This document shows, one piece after another, positions 9,151 through 18,195 of a DNA stretch of 64,000 bases. The notes below the pieces were generated by a model. The model was not told the origin of the DNA. It did no database searches and saw only the letters and a program-made list of their open reading frames with translations. This DNA is from Gemmatimonadales bacterium. Lineage in GTDB: Bacteria; Gemmatimonadota; Gemmatimonadetes; Longimicrobiales; Gaopeijiaceae. Numbering within the stretch: the stretch's first letter is position 1; each line of letters starts with the position of its first letter. Both the position numbers and the translations under genes were made by a program. The DNA lies in NCBI GenBank assembly GCA_050485865.1, contig JBJHCE010000003.1, positions 1,506 through 65,505 on the forward strand, in the 5' to 3' direction.

Positions 9151-9321
9151 GAGAGGCGTCCTTGCGGGCAGGCGGGGCGGGGCTTCGGGATTCGATACTC
9201 CGCATTACCCCGCACGGATCCAGGGATCCCCGTCCCACCCCCACCCGGAGCCGCGGTTTCGTTATCTTCCCCGGTCACCCCGAACCGGGGCCTTTCCACG
9301 CCATGCCGCCCGACCGAGCCC

Positions 9322-10614
9322 ATGACCCGTACGACCCAGGACCCTTCCGCGTCTGCTTCCTTCGAATCGCTGGGGCTCTCCCCCGAGCTCCTTCGCGCCG
9401 TCCAGGACATGGGATTCACCGAGCCCACGCCGATCCAGCGGCAGGCCGTCCCCCCCGGACTCGCCGGACGGGACCTCCTGGGGTGCGCCATGACCGGAAG
9501 CGGGAAGACCGCCGCATTCCTCCTCCCGGTCCTTCAGCGGCTGAGCGGGAAGCCCCGGGGGACCACGCGCGCCCTGGTCCTGACCCCCACGCGCGAACTC
9601 GCCGCCCAGGTGGAGGAAGAGCGCCGGGCCCTCTCGAAGTACCTGAAGGTCTCCGGGGCGGCCATCTTCGGCGGCGTTGCCATGGGTCCCCAGGAGGACG
9701 CCCTCCGCCGGGGCGTCGACGTACTCGTGGCAACACCGGGGCGCCTCCTCGATCACCTCCAGTACGACTACGCAACCCTCGACGGGATCGAGGTCCTCAT
9801 CCTGGACGAGGCGGACCGGATGCTCGACATGGGGTTCCTCCCGGACATTCGCCGGGTGCTGGGCCAGCTCCCCAGGGGTCCCCGGCAGACGCTCTTCTTC
9901 TCGGCCACGATGCCCCGCCCCATCGTGGAACTCTCCCGCGAACTCCTGAAGGACCCGGTCCGGATCGACGTGGAGCGGAAGCAGGCCCCGGCCACGGGGA
10001 TCACGCAGGCGCTCTGGCCCGTGCCGGCGCACCTCAAGCCCGCTCTCCTCATCGAGCTCCTCAACCGGGACGAGATCGGAAACGTGATCGTGTTCTGCCG
10101 CACGAAGCACCGGGCAAACCGGCTCTTCGAGAAGCTCGAGAAGGCGGGGATCCCGGCGGCCCGGATCCACGGAAACCGGAGCCAGGCCCAGCGCACGAAG
10201 GCCCTCGAGGGCTTCAGGAGCGGGGCGTTCCGCGTGCTCTGCGCCACCGACATCGTGGCCCGGGGAATCGACGTGGAGGCGCTCGACCACGTGGTGAACT
10301 TCGACGTTCCCGCCCAGCCCGAGGACTACATCCACCGGGTGGGGAGGACCGCCCGGGCCGGTGCCACCGGAGAGGCGTATACCCTCGTGAGCCCCGAGGA
10401 GGAGAGCGAGGTGCGGGCCATCGAGCGGGCCGTCGGAAGGAGCGTCCCCCGGAGGCGCCTCGAGGGCTTCGATTACTCGGCCCAGCCGGCGGACCGCTTC
10501 GAGGTCCCGGTGCAGGAGCGGATCGCCGCGCTCCGGGAGCAGCGCAGGAAGGACCGGGAGCGAAAGAAGGCCCGGGAGGAGCGGCGGCAGCAGGGGGGCG
10601 GTGGGCGCCGCTGA
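9322..10614 (+). CDS. rhlE: DEAD-box ATP-dependent RNA helicase (RhlE-like)
   Basis: Q motif FTEPTPIQ, Walker A AMTGSGKT, PTRELA, DEAD (LDEADRM), SAT, HGNRSQAQR and HRVGRTARAG, plus a basic tail. The track ORF start (8242) is a 360-codon over-extension antisense to the hydrolase gene. Confidence 0.95.
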   Translation: MTRTTQDPSASASFESLGLSPELLRAVQDMGFTEPTPIQRQAVPPGLAGRDLLGCAMTGSGKTAAFLLPVLQRLSGKPRGTTRALVLTPTRELAAQVEEERRALSKYLKVSGAAIFGGVAMGPQEDALRRGVDVLVATPGRLLDHLQYDYATLDGIEVLILDEADRMLDMGFLPDIRRVLGQLPRGPRQTLFFSATMPRPIVELSRELLKDPVRIDVERKQAPATGITQALWPVPAHLKPALLIELLNRDEIGNVIVFCRTKHRANRLFEKLEKAGIPAARIHGNRSQAQRTKALEGFRSGAFRVLCATDIVARGIDVEALDHVVNFDVPAQPEDYIHRVGRTARAGATGEAYTLVSPEEESEVRAIERAVGRSVPRRRLEGFDYSAQPADRFEVPVQERIAALREQRRKDRERKKAREERRQQGGGGRR

Positions 10615-10617
10615 GCC

Positions 10618-11040
10618 TCACCCCCCGGGGCCGTAGGTGTGGCCGTCCCACCTCCAGCTGGCCTGACCGTTCAGCCTGAGGTTCCGCCACCCACCCGTGG
10701 AGCCGGTCTCGAGTTCGGTCATCCAGACCCCGGGCACCCGGAAGACCTCGCCCCAGGTCCCGTCCTCCCCCTTGCGGAGGATGAACAGGCAGGGTGCTTC
10801 GCCGCCGCAATGGAAGACACTCTCGAGGGCGCCCAGGATCTCCGGGGCGCCGTCGTCGTCCAGGTCCGCGAAGGCGGCGGAAAGGGACAGGTGGGCCCCC
10901 GCTTCCCGGGCCTCGGTGAAGGCAGCTGTCAGGGCCTTCGTGGCCTCCTCCACGGCCCGGGCATCGGAGAGGGCAACCTGCGCGGGCAGGGGGAGGCCCC
11001 ACGCCACCGCCGCGGCGAAGATCAGGATGGTCCGCATCAT
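10618..11040 (-). CDS. Small secreted hypothetical protein
   Basis: Signal peptide MMRTILIFAAAVAWGLPLPAQ. The start overlaps the upstream stop (ATGA at 11037-11040). Confidence 0.6.
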   Translation of the reverse strand: MMRTILIFAAAVAWGLPLPAQVALSDARAVEEATKALTAAFTEAREAGAHLSLSAAFADLDDDGAPEILGALESVFHCGGEAPCLFILRKGEDGTWGEVFRVPGVWMTELETGSTGGWRNLRLNGQASWRWDGHTYGPGG

Positions 11041-12560
11041 CCCTCCGAAGGTTGGACGTTCGCGTTCAGCCGGAACAGGTTCTTCGGGTCGTATCGATCC
11101 TTCACCCGCACGAGCCGCGCCAGGTTCTCCCGGTAGTTGGCCTGGACCTGGGCCTGCGAGTGGGTGGGCTCAAGGTCGTTCACGTAGAAGCCGTAGGTGA
11201 AGGGGTCGATGGCCTCCCAGTAGTTCCGGGCCCACGCCCGGTGCCCGGACCCGTCCGTACCATGCGGATAGCTCGTGATGCAGAGGAGGTTTCCGAGCAC
11301 GTCGCGCTGGGAAAAGGCGGTGGCGCTCGTGGGAACGCGGGCGATCGCACCTCCGGACTGCTGGGCGAAGAGCACGGTGACCCGCCCCGGGTGCGGCTCG
11401 AGCCCCTCGGCGGCGATCCGGGCGAGCTCCGGGGGGAGGGCGTTGATGAACCCACCCTTGAGGTACTGCCCCATGGCCCGGGGGTCGGCGATGTCGCCCG
11501 AGCGCTGCACGTCCTGGTAGTCTGCCCGCGCCACCGTGTCCACCATGGGGGGGCCCAGGCGGTCGAGGGGGCGGAGGGCACGTTCCGCCTCGGACACGGG
11601 GCCCGAGAAGCAGGTTCCGAAGCCTGCGACGCCGGGCTCGCCCCCCGGCGGATGCACGATGACCGGGTCGATCTGGAGGGTCTCGGGCGCCTCGGGTGCC
11701 ATCTCACCCCAGAGCTCGAGGACCTCGCGGGCGCGGGCCACCGGCCAGTAGCGGTCGCCGGCCACCACCTGGCGGTCGAAGGGGTGGAGCTGGAACTCGA
11801 AGCCCGTGACGACGCCGAAGTTCCCGCCCCCGCCCCGGACCCCCCAGAAGAGATCGGGCTCTTCCTCGGCGCTCGCGTGGCGAAGGACCCCGTCGGCGGT
11901 GACCACGTCCACCGAAACCAGGCTGTCAATGGAGAGTCCGAACCTTCGGCCCAGGCGCCCGAACCCCCCTCCGGTCACGAGCCCGCCGGCCCCCGTGTGC
12001 GACACGGTTCCGAGGGGAACGGCGAGGCCGTGGGCGAGGCACTCGTGGTCCACGGCACCGAGGAGGGATCCCCCGCTCACCCAGGCGCGCCTCCGACGCG
12101 GATCCACCCGGACGGCCCGATAGGCCGAGAGATCCAGCACCATTCCCAGGTCGCAGGTGGACTGCCCCGAGGGACTGTGCCCCCCGCACTTCACGGCCAG
12201 GAGGAGTCCGCCCTGGTCCCGGGCGAAGTCCACGGCCCGCTGGATGTCGACGGCGCCCGTGGGCTGGACCACGAGGGCCGGGCGGCGGTCGAAGTCGGGG
12301 TTCAGGACCCGCCGCGCGTCGTCGTACCCATCGGCGCCGGCCAGGAGAAGGCGTCCGCGGAGGGCCCGGTCGAGCTCCGCCACGTCCGCCGCCCGGAGCA
12401 CGATCTCCCGGCCGTCGCCGGTGATCGCCGGAATGTCGTCGTGGCGGCCGGGCGAACGCCTCGGGCGAAAGGGGGGAGGCGCGGCGTGGAGCCCGGCAGG
12501 GGGAAGGCCGAGAAGGGCGAGGCCGGCCAGGGTCGACCGCAGGAAACTCCGACGCTTCAT
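11037..12560 (-). CDS. FAD-linked oxidase (PCMH/BBE-type) with twin-arginine signal
   Basis: Tat motif KRRSFLRS. FAD-binding PCMH region (VVQPTGAVDIQRAVDFA...AVKCGGHSPSG). C-terminal BBE-like YRENLARLVRVKDRYDPKNLFRLNANV. Confidence 0.85.
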   Translation of the reverse strand: MKRRSFLRSTLAGLALLGLPPAGLHAAPPPFRPRRSPGRHDDIPAITGDGREIVLRAADVAELDRALRGRLLLAGADGYDDARRVLNPDFDRRPALVVQPTGAVDIQRAVDFARDQGGLLLAVKCGGHSPSGQSTCDLGMVLDLSAYRAVRVDPRRRRAWVSGGSLLGAVDHECLAHGLAVPLGTVSHTGAGGLVTGGGFGRLGRRFGLSIDSLVSVDVVTADGVLRHASAEEEPDLFWGVRGGGGNFGVVTGFEFQLHPFDRQVVAGDRYWPVARAREVLELWGEMAPEAPETLQIDPVIVHPPGGEPGVAGFGTCFSGPVSEAERALRPLDRLGPPMVDTVARADYQDVQRSGDIADPRAMGQYLKGGFINALPPELARIAAEGLEPHPGRVTVLFAQQSGGAIARVPTSATAFSQRDVLGNLLCITSYPHGTDGSGHRAWARNYWEAIDPFTYGFYVNDLEPTHSQAQVQANYRENLARLVRVKDRYDPKNLFRLNANVQPSEG

Positions 12561-12718
12561 GGGACACCTCCGGAGGGAGGGTCAGGTAGATGCGCACGGC
12601 GGGGGCCCGGGGTGCACGTGAAGCCACACACCGGGTAACGCTACTCCGGGCGGCAGCAACGCACCAACTAGTCGTTCGCACCGGTCCTGCCTCCGGAGAT
12701 GGGTTGCCCCCGGCTTCG

Positions 12719-13564
12719 TCAGGGCACCAGGTCGCGGAGGGACAGCAGGGTCGTGAGGAGGCGCCGCAGAGGCCCGGTGGGGGCGAGGAGTTCGTCCGGG
12801 GGGGCCGCCGGGATCCGGGTCCGGAGTGCGGCGCACCCGGCATCGCCGTCGCCGGCCCGGTGCCAGCAAGCGTTCGCCTCGATGCTGCCCCCGTCCCCGG
12901 GATCGAGGGCAAGACGGAGCCAGGACGCGGTCTCGACCTGGGCCCGGGCGGCCTCCGGGGCGACGAGAAGGACGAGGCCGTGCCCCGCCGCCTCCTGGAT
13001 CAGCGCCTTCACCCGGTCCCGGTCGAGGCGGGGGTCGCCGAGCTCGAGGACCACGGGAACCCTGGGAGGCGGGAGGAGCGGGTCGGCACCCCGGGGCGCC
13101 GCGACCACGTCCCCTGCCGACACGGAGACCGTGACCCCGGGGAGAAGGGACCCGATGTCGTGGGCCCCCACCGGGGATCCGACCCGCCCCCGGAACTCCA
13201 CCCACGCCGAGTCGCCGGGGAGAAGGGTCCGGGCCCCGGGGGCACACCGACGCTCGACCCCGTCGATCCGGAGGGATCCGTCGTACTCTGTGGCGCACGG
13301 ATCCTCGGCGAGTTCGACGGGCTCCGCACCCGGGTTCCAGACGCTCCAGCGCAGGATCACCATGCCCCCGGGCGCCGGCGGAACCGGCCGAACGGAGCGA
13401 AGGTGCACCAGGCCGTCCGGGGTACGCGTCACCCGGTGGAGCGAATCGTCCGCCCCGCCCGCTCCCGTGGGTCCCTGGGCCCCGCCGGCGGCGGCGAGGG
13501 GACCCAGGGCGCACAGGAGGGCCGTGGAAAAGACGGCGGCGCGGAGCATTCCGAAAGGGGCCAT
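12719..13564 (-). CDS. Secreted hypothetical protein
   Basis: Signal peptide MAPFGMLRAAVFSTALLCALGPLAAAG and a balanced amino-acid composition, unlike the two competing frames over the same DNA. Confidence 0.55.
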   Translation of the reverse strand: MAPFGMLRAAVFSTALLCALGPLAAAGGAQGPTGAGGADDSLHRVTRTPDGLVHLRSVRPVPPAPGGMVILRWSVWNPGAEPVELAEDPCATEYDGSLRIDGVERRCAPGARTLLPGDSAWVEFRGRVGSPVGAHDIGSLLPGVTVSVSAGDVVAAPRGADPLLPPPRVPVVLELGDPRLDRDRVKALIQEAAGHGLVLLVAPEAARAQVETASWLRLALDPGDGGSIEANACWHRAGDGDAGCAALRTRIPAAPPDELLAPTGPLRRLLTTLLSLRDLVP

Positions 13565-13673
13565 GCGGCGTCGGGTCGAAGGGCGGGCCCGGGGGCGAGG
13601 CGGACCCTTCCAAGGTATGCCCCCCGCCCCCGCCCCGAAACCGCCTTCCTTCGAACGGAGGGCCGGCCGCGCG

Positions 13674-14915
13674 TCAGAGGCCGTGCATCGTGAACCGCCG
13701 GGCGAGCACGTGCCGGGCCGGGGAGGCGAGGAGCCCGCGCACGAGCGCCACGCGGAGCGGATGGAGGATGCGGAGGGGGGGTCGCCCCCCGAGGCGCATG
13801 TTCTGCTCCGCGCGTGCCGCCGCTCCCTCGGCCCGGCGGCGGGCCTCACGCTCCCAGCGGGGGAAGACGGCCTCGGGAGCGGCGTCCCCTGCGAGCACCC
13901 CTGCCGCCTCGCGAACCGCCGCCCCGGCGTTCAGCCATCCCACGTTCATCCCCTGTCCACCGATGGGGCTCACCACGTGGGCCGCGTCGCCAAGGAGGAG
14001 CACCCTTCCCTTCCGCAGGGAGCCCGCGAGGCCCCGTTCGGCGTGGAAGCGCGACGCATTCAGGCAGGCCCCCGGATCGAGGCGCACCCCCGCCCGCCGC
14101 CGCACGCCGTCGGCGACGATGCCCGGGATCTCGAGGCGCTCCGGGTCCCCCGGCAGCCCGCCGGCGGAAGGAAGCTCCACGACCCACCGCCGAAGCCCCG
14201 GCCCCGCCGGAAAGGACTCCACGAGCCCCTCCGGATGGAGGTGGATCCCCGCCTCCGAGGGGGTGAACCCACACCCCTCCGCCGGGAAGTCTCCCATGAC
14301 CCAGCTCCCCGGGTAGCGGTGTTCGTGAAACGGAATCCCCAGGGCCCCGCGGACCCGGCTTCTCCTCCCGTCGGCGGCGAGGACCAGGGGGGCGCGCCGG
14401 AGCTCCTCCCGCCCCGCGCGACGAACCCTGAGAACCACCCCGTCCGCTCCCGCGCCGCCCCCGTCATCCTCAACACCCAGGACCTCCGATCCCCACCCGA
14501 GGCTCCCCGGGGCCCGGGCCTGGAGCGCCTCGGCGAGGAGTTCCTCGGTGCGCCACTGTGGAAGGGTGAGTACGAAGTCGAAGGGATGCGGAAGACCCCG
14601 GAAGTCCAGGACCCCGAGGCGGGCGCCCCCCTTCCCCACCGCGTACCCCCGGCGGATCGGCGTACCCTCCCGGAGGAGCGCCGCCACGAGCGACGTCCCG
14701 TCCGCAACCGGCGCGTCGATCCCGGAAAGGAGCCGGAGTGCCGGCGGATGGATCCCGAGGGCCCGGGTTCGCCGGTCCCGCCGGCCCCCGGGGTCCCGCT
14801 CCAGGACCCGCACGGGCACCCCCTTCGCCACCAGGAGGAGTGCCGTCACGAGCCCCACCGGTCCCCCTCCCACCACCAGGACCTCCCGGTCCCGGACTCC
14901 TCTTCCAGGGGCCAT
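13674..14915 (-). CDS. FAD-dependent aromatic monooxygenase (SrsC-like hydroxylase)
   Basis: GxGxxG dinucleotide fold VLVVGGGPVGLVTALLL, ADG motif LVLAADGRRSRVR, and LLGDAAHVVSPIGGQGMN. The start shares one nucleotide with the upstream stop (TGATG at 14913-14917). Confidence 0.85.
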   Translation of the reverse strand: MAPGRGVRDREVLVVGGGPVGLVTALLLVAKGVPVRVLERDPGGRRDRRTRALGIHPPALRLLSGIDAPVADGTSLVAALLREGTPIRRGYAVGKGGARLGVLDFRGLPHPFDFVLTLPQWRTEELLAEALQARAPGSLGWGSEVLGVEDDGGGAGADGVVLRVRRAGREELRRAPLVLAADGRRSRVRGALGIPFHEHRYPGSWVMGDFPAEGCGFTPSEAGIHLHPEGLVESFPAGPGLRRWVVELPSAGGLPGDPERLEIPGIVADGVRRRAGVRLDPGACLNASRFHAERGLAGSLRKGRVLLLGDAAHVVSPIGGQGMNVGWLNAGAAVREAAGVLAGDAAPEAVFPRWEREARRRAEGAAARAEQNMRLGGRPPLRILHPLRVALVRGLLASPARHVLARRFTMHGL

Positions 14916-15652
14916 CACCCTTCCTCCCGGTCGAAGGTGGCGAGGAGGCGGAAGGGCACGCCCCTCCGCACCCGCCACCGAGGCGGTGCGAGGGCTGCGA
15001 GCTCGGGAGCGGTGAAGCTCCTCCGGATCGATACGAGGCCGTCGGCCCGGATATAGGAATCCCGGAAGAACGGTGCGGTCACGGCTCCGAACAGGAGGAA
15101 CGCCCCCCGGGACCGCCGGATGTCACTTACCAGGGCCCGCCGCGTGGCGAGGCGCCCCAGCATGTCCATGAAGTCGGGCACCGCGGCATCCTCCAGGTGG
15201 TGTAGGACGTGGTTCGAAAGGGCGAGATCGAACCTCGCGCCCCGGTCCGCCAGCTCCTCCCCCCGAGCCACTTCGAACCGGAGCGATCCCCCTTCGGCGC
15301 CTCCCCCCCCACGGGCAAACGCGATGGCCCGGGGATCCGGATCGACCCCGAGCACCCGGACCGCCACGCCCGCCCGATTCGCCCTCCAGAGAAGATCCCG
15401 CGCCAGGTCGCCGCCCCCGCACCCCACGTCCACCACCTCGAGGGGGCGGCCCCGGGGCTCCGCCTCCCGCGCCAGCGGAAGGACGAAGCGCCGGAAGAGC
15501 CGGCCGGCACCCGAGATCCACCGGTTCACGATCGCGAAGTCCCGGTAGGTGGCCCGGAGCCGGTCCGGGTCGCAGTCCGGTCGATCCATCCACTCCACCA
15601 GATCCGGTGCCCGCCGGCGGAACCCGCCACCGGCGATGCCTCCCGCGGTCAT
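14915..15652 (-). CDS. SAM-dependent methyltransferase (SrsB-like position)
   Basis: Motif I VVDVGCGGGDLA and post-I LGVDPD. The ATG 15652 overlaps the PKS stop (ATGA at 15649-15652). Confidence 0.8.
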   Translation of the reverse strand: MTAGGIAGGGFRRRAPDLVEWMDRPDCDPDRLRATYRDFAIVNRWISGAGRLFRRFVLPLAREAEPRGRPLEVVDVGCGGGDLARDLLWRANRAGVAVRVLGVDPDPRAIAFARGGGGAEGGSLRFEVARGEELADRGARFDLALSNHVLHHLEDAAVPDFMDMLGRLATRRALVSDIRRSRGAFLLFGAVTAPFFRDSYIRADGLVSIRRSFTAPELAALAPPRWRVRRGVPFRLLATFDREEG

Positions 15653-16800
15653 CCGGGCCTGTCCTCGCCCTCGCCCCGACCCTCGGCGGAATCCCGAACG
15701 CGGAACAGGCCGGACTCGAGGGTGAGCCCCGGACCGAAGGCCATGGCGAGAACGCGGTCCCCCGGGGCCGCCTCCCCCCTGAGGATCGCGTCGAGAACGA
15801 AGAGCACCGTCGCACTGCTCATGTTCCCGTAGCGTCGAAGCACCTCCCGGGACGCCGCCAGCGCCGCTCCGGAAAGGCCCATGGCCTCCTCCACCCGGTC
15901 CAGGATCGCCCGCCCCCCGGGGTGCACCGCCCACCACCGGACCTCGTCGGGCGCGAGCCTCTCGGGTGCAAGGACCCGCTCCACCAGCGGCCCCACGCCC
16001 CGGCCCACGAGCTCCGGCACGTAGCTTGACAGGCGCATGCGAAACCCCCGGTCCCCGATCGTCCAGGCCATGTCCCCCTCCCCCTCGGGCGCCAGGGTCC
16101 CCCGAAGCGCCTCGAGCTCGAGCACCGGGCCCGGGCCCCGGGGCGCCCGGGCACTCACCACCACACCCGCCCCACCGTCGGCGAAGATCGCCCCCGCCAC
16201 CAGGTCGTCCGTGTCCGCCGTGAACTGGAGGTGCAGGGTGCAGAGCTCCACCGAAAGCACGAGGACGACGGCCTCCGGGTCGGACCGGCAGAACGCCTGG
16301 GCCAGCCGGAGTCCCTGGAAGGCGGCATAGCACCCCATGAAGCCCACGTGCACCCGTACCGTGGAGCCCGGAAGACCCAGCGCGCGGACCACATCGTAGT
16401 CGGGCCCCGGCGCATAGAACCCGGTGCAGGACAACGTGATGACATGGGTGACCTCATCCGCCGCGAAAGACCCCTCCCCACCCACGAGCCCCTCCGCGAG
16501 CTTCACGAAGAGCTTCCGCGCCTCCCGGGCGTAGACGGCGTTTCGCGCCCCCGTTCCCGGGGTCGGGAGGCGACCGCCCTCCGCGTCGAAGAAGAGCCGG
16601 TCGCGCTCCCCTTCACCGAAGTCATCCACCACCGAATGCCGCCCCTCGATCCCCGAGTTCCGGTAGAGGCTCCGGATCATCCGCCGAACGGCCGGACGCC
16701 CCTCCACGTGCGCCTCCATCAGGGCGCCGGCCTCGTCCTGCGTGTACCGGGTCGGGGGTACGGCGGTGGCGAACCGATGGAGGAGGAGGGGGCGCGGCAT
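15649..16800 (-). CDS. Type III polyketide synthase (chalcone/stilbene synthase superfamily)
   Basis: The Cys-His-Asn triad contexts are present: ITLSCTGFYAPG, WAVHPGGRAILD and YGNMSSATVLF. Confidence 0.9.
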   Translation of the reverse strand: MPRPLLLHRFATAVPPTRYTQDEAGALMEAHVEGRPAVRRMIRSLYRNSGIEGRHSVVDDFGEGERDRLFFDAEGGRLPTPGTGARNAVYAREARKLFVKLAEGLVGGEGSFAADEVTHVITLSCTGFYAPGPDYDVVRALGLPGSTVRVHVGFMGCYAAFQGLRLAQAFCRSDPEAVVLVLSVELCTLHLQFTADTDDLVAGAIFADGGAGVVVSARAPRGPGPVLELEALRGTLAPEGEGDMAWTIGDRGFRMRLSSYVPELVGRGVGPLVERVLAPERLAPDEVRWWAVHPGGRAILDRVEEAMGLSGAALAASREVLRRYGNMSSATVLFVLDAILRGEAAPGDRVLAMAFGPGLTLESGLFRVRDSAEGRGEGEDRPG

Positions 16801-16840
16801 GGGCGGGGCCGAAATGGCTGCAGGAAGGGTGTAAAGGGCC

Positions 16841-16853
16841 TCACCCTACCCTT
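16841..16853 (-). promoter_or_regulatory. Shared 13-mer AAGGGTAGGGTGA (minus strand) containing a TANNNT-type hexamer, upstream of the PKS operon
   Basis: An identical 13-mer recurs at 47318-47330 in the same orientation and at a similar distance (41 versus 47 nt) from a minus-strand start codon. Confidence 0.3.
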
Positions 16854-16985
16854 GTCCCCGAATCCGGGTCCCGCTCCTCCCGGAACCGGAACCTCCCGTG
16901 CCGCTTGCTCCTCCGACCCCCTCCGGGGCATCTTGCCGCACGGGAGCCCTCCCCCCGCCCGACCCCCACCAACCGGAGGTCCGCC

Positions 16986-17207
16986 ATGTCCCTCTTCGGA
17001 TTTCACCGCTTCCTGATCGCGGTGGCCGTGGTTTTCTGCCTGGGGTTCGCCGCCACCCAGGCACTCGGACTCGGGGGCGTCGCCCGGGCGCCCTGGGTCG
17101 CCGTGGTCTTCGCGGCCCTCGGGCTGGGGCTCCTCCTCTATTTCTTCCGGATGCGGCGGGTGCTGGGCTACCCCGCGGACCGGGAAGACGGGAAGCGCCC
17201 GGCGTAG
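16986..17207 (+). CDS. Small two-TM membrane protein
   Basis: 73 aa with two hydrophobic helices (FLIAVAVVFCLGFAATQAL and WVAVVFAALGLGLLLYFF). It is the only plus-strand gene between two minus-strand operons. Confidence 0.5.
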   Translation: MSLFGFHRFLIAVAVVFCLGFAATQALGLGGVARAPWVAVVFAALGLGLLLYFFRMRRVLGYPADREDGKRPA

Positions 17208-17238
17208 ACCCGGGCGTCCCCGCGCCCCTTGGAAGGAC

Positions 17239-18195
17239 TCACCCGGTCTTGTCGAACGGGTCCGCCGCCAGCGCTTCCCTGAGCCGGGGGTGCCTTTTCC
17301 AGAGGTACCAACCCATCCCGACCACGGCGAGGAGGTTCCCCACCGCAATGGACCACCAGGCCAGGGGCCCGAGGAGGAACTCGGCGACCACGGCCAGGAT
17401 CGCGAGGAAGAAGGCCTCGAAGGCCACGAAGAGGAGGACCGCTCCCAGGAGGAGGGGCGGCGTCTTCTCCGACTGCCACACGATGGCCGAGGCAAGGATT
17501 CCCACCGCGAGAAACGCCCCCACGTGGAGGACCGTGTAGCCGAGGACCGTCCACGCCGTCACCTCCACGGCATCGACGCTCGACACGCCGAGAAAGACGG
17601 CGGAGCCGAGGGCCCCCGGGGTGAAGAAGAGCTCCCCCCGCACCGCGTCGAAGAGGAAGAACCAGAAGGCCACGATCCCGGCGCCCACGAGCCCGGCCGT
17701 GACCCCTTCCCGGACGATGCGGTGGTCGGCCATGGCCTCCCACCAGGTCACCGGCCGTGCCTCCCCCGTCAGGTGCAGGTACCCCATGAGCGATACGCCG
17801 GCAATGAGGTTCCCCGCCATGACCTCGAGCCACCCGAGCTCTGCCGCCACGTCCATGCCGGTGACGTAGACCGAGAGGTAGAAGACCGCATCGAAGAGGA
17901 TGAACCCGAGGACGAGGCCGATGAGCACCCCAGGCGCCACCTCGAGCTTCCGCACGAGCCACGTCGCCCCGACCCCAACCACGATCCAGGCCGCGTAGTG
18001 GACGAGGGTGTAGAAGCCGATGGGGATGGCCCCCCGGGCCAGGTCCTCCACCCCCAGGAGGGAGTGGGCCAGGAGGGCCGGGGTCCGGAAGGGCTCCCCC
18101 CGGGCCGCATCCACGAGGAGGAACCAGAGGGCCATGGCGGTGGCACCCACGGCCCCGGCCACTGCTCCACGCACCCACAGCTTCGATTCGTTCAT
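17239..18195 (-). CDS. Eight-TM membrane protein with internal 4+4 TM duplication (unknown family)
   Basis: The two halves align (WFLLVDAARGEPFRTPALLAHSLLGV versus WFFLFDAVRGELFFTPGALGSAVFLGV; YTLVHYAAW versus YTVLHVGAF). The start overlaps the upstream stop (ATGA at 18192-18195). Confidence 0.7.
   Translation of the reverse strand: MNESKLWVRGAVAGAVGATAMALWFLLVDAARGEPFRTPALLAHSLLGVEDLARGAIPIGFYTLVHYAAWIVVGVGATWLVRKLEVAPGVLIGLVLGFILFDAVFYLSVYVTGMDVAAELGWLEVMAGNLIAGVSLMGYLHLTGEARPVTWWEAMADHRIVREGVTAGLVGAGIVAFWFFLFDAVRGELFFTPGALGSAVFLGVSSVDAVEVTAWTVLGYTVLHVGAFLAVGILASAIVWQSEKTPPLLLGAVLLFVAFEAFFLAILAVVAEFLLGPLAWWSIAVGNLLAVVGMGWYLWKRHPRLREALAADPFDKTG

Noticed and set aside
8242-9321. 360-codon N-terminal extension of the DEAD-box helicase ORF. 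Similar extensions exist at 33917-35032, 61349-61678, 1656-2153 and 5187-5435.
   Set aside because: The extensions run antisense through well-supported genes or intergenic DNA and have a junk-like composition. The conserved domains begin at internal ATGs that have sensible N termini or signal peptides.
12640-12690. ACTAGT-containing, less GC-rich patch resembling the arms of the 2845-3009 inverted repeat
   Set aside because: Similarity is limited to CTAGT and GTCCTG words. There is no convincing extended match or local inverted repeat, so this is probably coincidence within an ordinary intergenic promoter region.
17239-18195. Haem A synthase (CtaA/Cox15) identity for the 4+4 TM protein
   Set aside because: Only the architecture is similar. 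The characteristic CtaA motifs (paired His in helices 2 and 4 of each half, Cys pair/GAxVR-type loops) are absent, and the second His is not conserved between the halves.
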